From the NCBI GenBank assembly GCA_021774615.1, contig JAJFIW010000015.1:490-64489 (forward strand): DNA of 64,000 nt, given 5' to 3'. Positions 56,501-64,000 of this stretch are shown in pieces. The stretch is from Alphaproteobacteria bacterium (GTDB lineage Bacteria > Pseudomonadota > Alphaproteobacteria > UBA1280 > UBA6503). Numbering within the stretch: position 1 is the stretch's first letter; each line of letters opens with the position of its first letter. Position numbers and translations under genes: made by a program. The notes beneath the pieces are model-generated. The model searched no databases, had not been told where the DNA came from, and worked only from the letters and a program-made list of their open reading frames with translations.

Positions 56501-58453
56501 GTTAAACGCCATTTCAGAGAAGCTGGCAAAGACATCCAGAAAGAAGAATTCACCTGTTTTGCCGTAGGCGACATGGCTGGTGATGTATTTGGTAATGGCA
56601 TGCTACTATCTGACAAAACCTTACTGGTAGCTGCATTTAACCATATGCATATTTTTATTGACCCTAACCCAAACTCTGCTGAAAGCTTCAAGGAAAGAAA
56701 ACGTTTATTTGTAGACGTAGCAGGCTGGGATAAATATAACACCAGCAAAATATCTGCAGGTGGCGGGGTCTATAGCCGTAACGACAAAGAAATAACCCTG
56801 TCCACTCAAGCACGTAAACTACTAGGGCTACGTAAAAACAAACTACCCCCTAACGAAGTTATTACCGCAATTATGACCATGAAAGCAGAGTTATTCTGGA
56901 ATGGTGGTATTGGAACTTTTATTAAAGCAAGCGATGAAACCCATACCGAAGTAAGCGACCGCAGCAATGACGAAGTACGGATTAATTCTTCACAATTTAA
57001 CGCCAAAGTTATTGGTGAAGGCGGCAACTTAGGTATGACCCAAAAAGCCCGCATTGACATGGCACAACGTGGCGTACTACTAAATACCGATGCTGTTGAT
57101 AACTCGGCTGGTGTGGATTGCTCTGACCATGAGGTAAACATCAAAATACTACTAGACCGAGCAATTACTGATGGCAAACTATCAGCGCAACAACGCAATA
57201 AACTTTTACTCGACATGACCGATGACGTTGCAAACCTTGTTTTGCAAGACAACTACCTCCAAACCCAGCTTATTAGCTTTGAAAACCAAATGCGGGCTTT
57301 CTCAGCTGCTGACGCCCATTTGCGGATGATGCGTAACTTCGAAAAAGCAGGAATGCTTGACAGAGCAATAGAGTACCTCCCTAGCGACGACGAAATGGAC
57401 GATAGAATAAAGAATGGCAAAGGGCTAACTCGCCCTGAGTTATCTGTTCTAATGGCATACGGCAAAATGGACTTATACAATAATTTACTAAAATCGTCTT
57501 TGCCCGACGAAAAATGCTTAGAGGAATACTTAATAGAATATTTCCCACCACAACTAAGGACTAAGTTTGCCGCAGAAATAAAGAAACACCCTCTGCGCCG
57601 TGAAATTATCGCGACAAGTATCGCAAACGAAGTTATTAACCGTATGGGGCTAAGCTTTATTTATCGCTTGCGCGATGAAACTGGCTACCAAGACGACGTT
57701 ATTGCCCGAGCATTCATCATAACTAAGCGCTTATACGGGCTTGATGATGAGTGGCAAAGAATAGAAGAGCTAGATGGCAAAGTACCTGCTTTCTCTCAAC
57801 TTAAAATGCTAGACTCTATACGCAGGCTGTCTGAGCATGTTTGCCTATGGTTCTTGCGTGACGGGCATGCATCGCTAGACATCTCTGACAGGTACCATGT
57901 TTTTAATAAAATAGTTAATAACCTTATTAAAATATTACCAGCTAACATGACCGAAGAAATGCAAAAGCAACATAGTTACCGAGCAAAACTATGGCAAAAA
58001 GATGGGCTAGACCATAAAACAGCCGATCATATTGCATTAGCTTCAGCGTTATATGCGATCCAAGACATTGCACAAACAATTATTAATACCAAGCAAGACG
58101 AGAAAACCATTATGGGCCTACACTTCCGTATTGGTGAAGAACTTAGCATGGAGCACCTATACCAAAAGGCTCGTTCTATGCCTAATGCTAATTATTGGCA
58201 AAGGGTTGCTAGCCAATCAATTATCGATAGCCTTTATAGCCACCAGAAACAAGCAACCTTGCAAGCTATTACCTTAAAAAATGGTAAGGCTGCAAAATCT
58301 AGTGCACAAGACATAATTAAAACTTGGGCAGATAACAAGAAAGAAACCCTAACAATTTACAACCGCATGGTCGCAGAGCTAGACAGCCAAACTACAGTTG
58401 ATCATGCAATGCTAAATGTAGCGCTAGGGCATTTAAAGTCTATTACCTCTTAG
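53594..58453 (+). CDS. NAD-specific glutamate dehydrogenase, large (about 180 kDa) bacterial type
   Basis: 1619 aa. The catalytic region contains [46 protein letters not shown], which is typical of the Bac_GDH family. Confidence 0.85.
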   Translation: [1619 protein letters not shown]

Positions 58454-58466
58454 TACATAAAACGCA

Positions 58467-58493
58467 GATAACCGCCCCAAAGGGGCGGTTATC
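58467..58493. terminator. Bidirectional terminator gataaccgcccc-aaa-ggggcggttatc
   Basis: 12-bp perfect stem between convergent genes. Confidence 0.6.
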
Positions 58494-58505
58494 TCGAATT
58501 GATAG

Positions 58506-58850
58506 TTAGCGACAAACTTTAAAGTTATAATGTTTATCTATTAAGTCACTAGTTATCCATGTGCTTAATGCATACAAAAATAATAAAGCAGCAACAGAAA
58601 GCCCATCAAAGTCAACCATACTTGTAGAGATCTTCGCCACTAAGACAAAAAGAGCCATTATCAAAATAGACTTAGCTATAAAATTAAAATCAATAAATCC
58701 TGCGAATAATGCAGCAAGAACAATGAATGTAACTGTTAGGTAGCCATAATAATCAGCCCATTCAGGGTAGATTGCCCCTAAACACCAACCACTGGCTATT
58801 AGTAGAATAAGGCCAAAGAATGCTATGGTTTTTGTAGTATTTCTACTCAT
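58506..58850 (-). CDS. Small integral membrane protein (3-4 TM), hypothetical
   Basis: Hydrophobic profile only. Confidence 0.35.
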   Translation of the reverse strand: MSRNTTKTIAFFGLILLIASGWCLGAIYPEWADYYGYLTVTFIVLAALFAGFIDFNFIAKSILIMALFVLVAKISTSMVDFDGLSVAALLFLYALSTWITSDLIDKHYNFKVCR

Positions 58851-58969
58851 AATATTTTTACCGCACTCTCGTGCAGCACCTTTAAGGACAAGAAAAATGG
58901 AAGAAGATATAAAAAAACTATGTGCGCCAGTGTAAGCAAAATAATTTTAATTACAAGCTCCTATTAAAC

Positions 58970-59959
58970 CTACCTAACAAAGCCCATAACATCTTTAACT
59001 TTAGCTAAAACTGTTTCAGCTTGTGCGCTGGCTTTTTCTGCGCCTTTTTTGAAAATTGCATCAAGCTCGGCTTTATCTGCCATTAGCTCTTTATAGCGGT
59101 TTTGGATTGGGGCAACCTCGGCAATTACAGCTTCAGCAATGGTTGTTTTAAAATCGCCATAACCTTTGCCTGTAAACTCGGCAACTGCTTGCTCAGGGGT
59201 TATGCCTTTGGATGCACAATAAATGCTTAGAAGGTTCGTTACCCCCGCTTGCTCGATAGGGTCCCATGCAACATTTGCAATATTGTCGGTTACTGCACGT
59301 TTAAACTTTTTGGTTATTTGTGCTGGTTCGTCTTTTAAATAAACCGTGCCGTTAGACTCTTGTGATTTACTCATTTTAGAGGTTGGGTCTTGTAAGTCCA
59401 TCACCCGTGCTGCTACTTTTGGTATCATAGGTTCAGGCACTACAAAAACATCCCCATACACACCATTAAAGCGTTGTGCCACATTCCGAGTTAGCTCTAA
59501 GTGTTGTTTTTGGTCGTCACCCACAGGGACATGGGTAGTATTATATAGCAAAATATCAGCCGCCATTAAAACAGGGTAAGTCAGCAACCCAGCATTAACA
59601 TTATGCTTATGCTGCTTAGACTTATCTTTATATTGGGTCATCCGTTCTAGTTCGCCAACTTGGGTAAAGGTGTTTAGTATCCAGCCAAGCTCGGTGTGGG
59701 CACGCACATGGTTTTGCACAAACAAAGTGCTCTTAGAAGTATCCAACCCTGCTGCCAGGTACCAAGCTGCAACGCTATAGGTAAAGTCGCGCAGCCTTTG
59801 TGGCTCTTGGCGTACTGTGATTGCATGCAGGTCTACAACGCAGTAGTAGGTTGTGGTGTCTGCTATGTCTGCTAGTTGTACATGGTTTTTAATTGCGCCA
59901 AGGTAACTACCTAAAGTCATGTCGCCTGTTGGTTGAATGCCCGAAATAAATGTTTTCAT
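58970..59959 (-). CDS. trpS: Tryptophan--tRNA ligase
   Basis: Class I HIGH-like motif (GIQPTGDMTLGSYLGAI) and KMSKS. Confidence 0.9.
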   Translation of the reverse strand: MKTFISGIQPTGDMTLGSYLGAIKNHVQLADIADTTTYYCVVDLHAITVRQEPQRLRDFTYSVAAWYLAAGLDTSKSTLFVQNHVRAHTELGWILNTFTQVGELERMTQYKDKSKQHKHNVNAGLLTYPVLMAADILLYNTTHVPVGDDQKQHLELTRNVAQRFNGVYGDVFVVPEPMIPKVAARVMDLQDPTSKMSKSQESNGTVYLKDEPAQITKKFKRAVTDNIANVAWDPIEQAGVTNLLSIYCASKGITPEQAVAEFTGKGYGDFKTTIAEAVIAEVAPIQNRYKELMADKAELDAIFKKGAEKASAQAETVLAKVKDVMGFVR

Positions 59960-59995
59960 TGGTTCTTACGTCTTTTTTATTATAAATGCAGGCAG

Positions 59996-61321
59996 TTATA
60001 GTACCATATGTTGTTCTTTTACAGCATTCTTTTGTGCATACATAGCTTGGTCGGCTGCGTTTAGGATACTTTCTGCTTTAAGGTCAGCGTCAGAGCCATC
60101 AAACACTTGCACCCCAATGCTTGCTCGCACATCCAGTAAGTTATCTTTTACTGGTACTTTTAACGCCGCAATCGCAGATCTAACTTCGTCTGCTTTGCGT
60201 TCTGCCATTTCTTCGTCTGCTTCTTCGAGGATTGCGGCAAACTCGTCGCCACCAATCCTAGCTAATATGTCTGTACTGCGTAAAATACCCGACAAGCTAT
60301 TTACCACAGCTTTTAACACAGCGTCCCCTGCTTTATGACCAAAGGTATCGTTTACCATTTTAAAGTCATCCATATCTATAAACAACACAGCCCCTTTACG
60401 GCAATAACGTTGGGCATTATTAATTGCATCTCGTAAGCGGCGGTCAAAGACAAGGCGGTTATTTGCACCTGTTAAGTGGTCTTGGGTAGCAAGGCGCATT
60501 AATTCTGTCTCGTTTGCTTTACGATTAGTAATGTCTAGCGTTTGGATAATTGCATAGCGCATATCATCACGGCCATAATGGGCAAGCGACATGCTCATCG
60601 CTACCCAAATAATATTACCTGCGCTATTAACTATTCTAATTTCAATCCCGTCATAGACACGCTCGCCTTCAAAAACTTTTTCTAGAGCATGCTCAAACAT
60701 TGCCCTATCTTCTAGGTGGATTAGGCTTGCAAAGCTATTACCCTGCAGCTGTGCGATAGGTTTATCAATAGTTCTAGCAAGCGAGCGGTTAACCATTGCT
60801 GGTTTATGGCTGCTGTCAATAAAGCAAACCCCATATGGTGCATACTCAAAAGATGCTGCAAAACGATTGCGCAGTTCTCTGTTTTCTTGCTGCATTTTAA
60901 CAGTTTTAGTTAACAACTTAACCACAACTACCATAGCCTGCACCTTGCCATTACGGCATAAAGGCTCGAGGCGTAGTTTAACTTGGTGGGTATTGCCGCC
61001 GACATCAAATTCAGTTCGTAGCGAGCGACATTGGGACTTGCCGCCAACCAAGCGCAGTAAAGGTTTAAACTTTTGCCATACACCTGCTGGCAACACTTGG
61101 CTAATTAGCCTGCCATTCATCTTTTTTTGTAATAGACCTACAACTGTGCGGTTAGAATTAATAACAATAAAGTCATCATTAGAGGCTGGCTTTAACACAA
61201 AAACACCATCAGAAACACTATCCATAACCATGGCGATAATAGACATTAAGTCACTGTCAAATGTGTCAGCAGTATTGACCAGATTTGTAGACATGTTTGG
61301 CATTATGGAGCTCCCGAACAA
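59996..61321 (-). CDS. PAS-domain sensor diguanylate cyclase (GGDEF)
   Basis: RIGGDEF active site, I-site RxxD context, and N-terminal PAS-like repeats. Confidence 0.8.
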   Translation of the reverse strand: MFGSSIMPNMSTNLVNTADTFDSDLMSIIAMVMDSVSDGVFVLKPASNDDFIVINSNRTVVGLLQKKMNGRLISQVLPAGVWQKFKPLLRLVGGKSQCRSLRTEFDVGGNTHQVKLRLEPLCRNGKVQAMVVVVKLLTKTVKMQQENRELRNRFAASFEYAPYGVCFIDSSHKPAMVNRSLARTIDKPIAQLQGNSFASLIHLEDRAMFEHALEKVFEGERVYDGIEIRIVNSAGNIIWVAMSMSLAHYGRDDMRYAIIQTLDITNRKANETELMRLATQDHLTGANNRLVFDRRLRDAINNAQRYCRKGAVLFIDMDDFKMVNDTFGHKAGDAVLKAVVNSLSGILRSTDILARIGGDEFAAILEEADEEMAERKADEVRSAIAALKVPVKDNLLDVRASIGVQVFDGSDADLKAESILNAADQAMYAQKNAVKEQHMVL

Positions 61322-61475
61322 AATTATTTAAAGTGTTCGCCATTGGCATAATGTGCAATGTGCATTTATACCATACTACCAAGCATAAAATATCATTTCC
61401 ACTAAAAAGTGCATACTTTGTATACACGCCAATTAAAAAAACAGAAATTAGTTGTTTTTATGCTAAACTTTTACA

Positions 61476-62279
61476 ATGAGAAAACAAACCCCACACCTCC
61501 TTATTTTTGGCGCTGGCTACACTGCAAAATACATTGCAGATAAAGCGCTACAAAATGGCTGGCGCGTAACTATGACTAGCCGTACACCTAACCTAACCTA
61601 CCAAGGGGTAGATATATTACCATTTGGTGCAGACCTCCCCAACGACACAACTTTTTTGCTTTCAACTGTTCCACCTAAAGATGGGCAAGACCCAGTTTTA
61701 ACTGCATATAATGGGCAATGGCCCCAGTCTACCCAATGGTTCGGGTATTTGTCGTCTACAGGTGTTTATGGGGACACAAATGGTAAAACTGTTACCGAGA
61801 AAAGCCCGTTACTTGGTACATCTCCACAAGCACAAGCAAGAATAGGGGCAGAGCAAGGCTGGCTAAGCCTAGAGCAGCCAGTACATATTTTTAGGCTTAC
61901 TGGTATTTATGGGCCCAAACGCAATATGTTAGAGCGCCTGAAACAAGAAAACACCCATAAACTCGAGCATAGCAACCGCCCTGTAAACAGAATTCACGTA
62001 GACGACATTGCGACAGCCATTATGGCAAGCATTGCTCTACCTAGCCATAAAAGCATTGTTTATAATGTGTCAGACGATTGCCCCGCACCAACCAAAGACA
62101 TAGTTGCTTTTGCTGCAAACCTACTTGGCATAACCATACCTGAAGCTGCCCCACAAGATGTATCTCACTTACATGATGGCAGCCGCGTTGTTAATTGTGA
62201 TTTAATAAAAAAATCCCTAGGGGTTTTATGGAAATACCCCGACTATAAAACAGGGTTAAAAGCACTATTAAACAAATAA
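61476..62279 (+). CDS. Rossmann-fold NAD(P)-binding epimerase/dehydratase-like (SDR superfamily) protein
   Basis: N-terminal LLIFGAGYTAKYIA dinucleotide-binding motif. About 267 aa. Confidence 0.55.
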   Translation: MRKQTPHLLIFGAGYTAKYIADKALQNGWRVTMTSRTPNLTYQGVDILPFGADLPNDTTFLLSTVPPKDGQDPVLTAYNGQWPQSTQWFGYLSSTGVYGDTNGKTVTEKSPLLGTSPQAQARIGAEQGWLSLEQPVHIFRLTGIYGPKRNMLERLKQENTHKLEHSNRPVNRIHVDDIATAIMASIALPSHKSIVYNVSDDCPAPTKDIVAFAANLLGITIPEAAPQDVSHLHDGSRVVNCDLIKKSLGVLWKYPDYKTGLKALLNK

Positions 62280-62332
62280 TCATTAAAAAATGCTTTATTT
62301 TTTTCTTTTCTAGTGCTAAACACCTACTGCAT

Positions 62333-62409
<77 letters not shown>

Positions 62410-62449
62410 TTTTCTTGCTCAATTACAACTCTACAGTTACACTTCGATT

Positions 62450-63088
62450 ATGAAAATAATTAGAATTGCTATCTCCGACTTAAAAGAACCTGAGGCGCTT
62501 GCTGCTGCATTACTAGCTTTGCGTAGTTATGCATTTTGGGCTTTAACTGGCTTAGCATTTGGTTGGGCTTATTGCCATTCGCAGCATATTGTTTTTGGAT
62601 CTACCCAAACCATTATTTTTAGTGGGCTATTTGCTACCTTACTCGCTGCCATTGCTGTTGCTGACTTTAAAACCATGATTGTGCCAGATGTTTTAGTTTA
62701 CCCACTTTTTCTATTAGCATTATTTGCTAGCCCCGACAGCGGGTTAAGTATGGCAGTGGGGGCAATATTTTTAGGGGGCGGCTTTTGGCTACTACACGCC
62801 ATAACTGCAAAAATTAATGGCCATGCAGGCTTAGGTTTTGGTGACGTAAAATTAGTAGCAGCCTTAGGGCTATGGGTCGGTGCTGACGGTATTGTCGCTT
62901 TAATGCTAAGCGCAAGTGGAATTGCATTATTAGGATTATTCATCGCTAAGCTTATCCGTGGTAAAAACCGCAATACTATGATACCTTTTGCACCATATCT
63001 CGCTTTTGGAGGCTGGGTTGCGTACGGTTACAGTGATATTATCAACCAAGCGCTAATTAATACTCGCTATTATATTATGGGGTTATAA
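62450..63088 (+). CDS. A24-family prepilin/preflagellin peptidase lacking the N-terminal zinc-finger domain (TadV/CpaA-like)
   Basis: GFGDVKL catalytic-Asp motif and a multi-TM profile. The ORF track start at 62402 lies inside the tRNA. MKIIRIAIS at 62450 is preferred. Confidence 0.65.
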   Translation: MKIIRIAISDLKEPEALAAALLALRSYAFWALTGLAFGWAYCHSQHIVFGSTQTIIFSGLFATLLAAIAVADFKTMIVPDVLVYPLFLLALFASPDSGLSMAVGAIFLGGGFWLLHAITAKINGHAGLGFGDVKLVAALGLWVGADGIVALMLSASGIALLGLFIAKLIRGKNRNTMIPFAPYLAFGGWVAYGYSDIINQALINTRYYIMGL

Positions 63089-63090
63089 AC

Positions 63091-63327
63091 ATGCTACGTC
63101 TTTTTCTACTAACTGCTATTAACCTTGCATTACCATTTTTGCTATATTACCTACGCCATTGGGTATGGCGCTGGCTCATTAATAGACGCCAGCCCGAAGC
63201 TAAAGTTATCGACGATACTCCAGCGGTTCCACCGATGAACTGGTCATTATTTATCAAACTATTGGCTCTTGGTGTGCTACTACTAGCAGCAGTACTATTT
63301 GGTATGCGCCTCGGGGAGTTTAGCTAA
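63091..63327 (+). CDS. Small membrane protein (2 TM), hypothetical
   Basis: Hydrophobic profile. Overlaps the next gene's 3' end. Confidence 0.3.
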   Translation: MLRLFLLTAINLALPFLLYYLRHWVWRWLINRRQPEAKVIDDTPAVPPMNWSLFIKLLALGVLLLAAVLFGMRLGEFS

Positions 63328-64000
63328 AAGCCCGACAGAACGCCTATTAAATATAAAAGCGCAGATAGCAGATAAAGCAAACCCATCTAGCGCTGAAATA
63401 GTAGTTAGTTGGAATAAGCCAAAACCATTGTTAGATACTGGCGATGTTATAAATGACAAAGCAATACCCAATAAAACAGACATAATTGTCATAGTTCTAA
63501 ACTGTGGTGCATTTTTCATATTATCGAACATGTATTCTGATGGTTTTGCTAAATAGCTACCAACCATAGCTCCACCAATAGGTGCTATAGTCATCCCAAG
63601 CATGATAATCCACGGGATTATATAACTTAATATCCCCATTAGCGCTAAAATAGTACCTAGAACACCAGCAATTGCAGCCAATTGGTATTTAGGAATATTA
63701 TTAAATACATTAGCAAAACCAAGAGAGCTAGAATATAAATTGGAGTCGTTTGTAGTCCACGATGCAAATATAATAACTATTAGTGCTGGAACTCCTAACC
63801 CAAGTGCCATCATAATAGCTGTTATATCCGACTTACCTGCAAGTAATGCTATTAAAATAGCCAGCATATAAAATAATGGCTGTATAACAGCAAAACCAAC
63901 TACTGTTGCTTTAAGAGCTACTTTGGTATTTACCGCATAGCGCATAATATCGGGCATAATAACAGCGCCCACAATAAAGCCACCCACAACAATAGATATA
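63295..64000 (-). CDS. Multi-pass membrane transporter, 5'-truncated by the window edge (possibly NCS1/cytosine-permease-like)
   Basis: Continuous hydrophobic ORF reaching the window end. The family assignment is tentative. Confidence 0.35.
   Translation of the reverse strand, partial: ISIVVGGFIVGAVIMPDIMRYAVNTKVALKATVVGFAVIQPLFYMLAILIALLAGKSDITAIMMALGLGVPALIVIIFASWTTNDSNLYSSSLGFANVFNNIPKYQLAAIAGVLGTILALMGILSYIIPWIIMLGMTIAPIGGAMVGSYLAKPSEYMFDNMKNAPQFRTMTIMSVLLGIALSFITSPVSNNGFGLFQLTTISALDGFALSAICAFIFNRRSVGLLAKLPEAHTK

Overview
This is an AT-rich (~40% GC) alphaproteobacterial chromosomal window. The gene content and the ankyrin-repeat-like proteins suggest a Rickettsiales/Holosporales-type intracellular lineage, but this is inference only. 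The housekeeping backbone is clear. It comprises a flagellar segment (flgA' and flgH, then flhB, fliR and fliQ), rppH, nrdBA and a thioredoxin-fold TlpA-like gene. It continues with hbd, asd, ETF-QO, rlmN, the rimP-nusA-ylxR-infB-rbfA-truB-rpsO-pnp superoperon, metK-trmB and a tauE plus MBL-hydrolase pair. It ends with ybeY-corC-lnt, phoH-miaB, rimI-tsaB, a 1619-aa NAD-glutamate dehydrogenase, trpS, a PAS-GGDEF cyclase, tRNA-Arg(ACG) and an A24 prepilin peptidase. No rRNA, CRISPR array, transposase or integrase was recognised. Accessory content stands out against this backbone. (1) A previously unnamed family of small proteins (about 95-160 aa, several with an N-terminal membrane anchor) occurs as nine paralogs in two arrays. 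Four lie between rlmN and pnp, and five between rimI and miaB. Each gene has its own promoter-like TTGACA element and Shine-Dalgarno site, and four of the five minus-strand array members are followed by an unusually long perfect hairpin. (2) A two-gene plus-strand cassette is insulated by terminators between hbd and asd. It encodes two PD-(D/E)XK nucleases, the larger carrying a Cas4/AddB-type C-x2-C-x5-C iron-sulfur cysteine cluster and a QxxxY motif. It is a candidate novel defence or recombination module. (3) A tandem pair of paralogous small proteins lies between rppH and nrdB. (4) There are two ankyrin-repeat-like effector candidates. Several structured intergenic regions and a probable non-canonical start for tauE are also noted. 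All calls rest on motif-level reading of the supplied translations. No database search was run.
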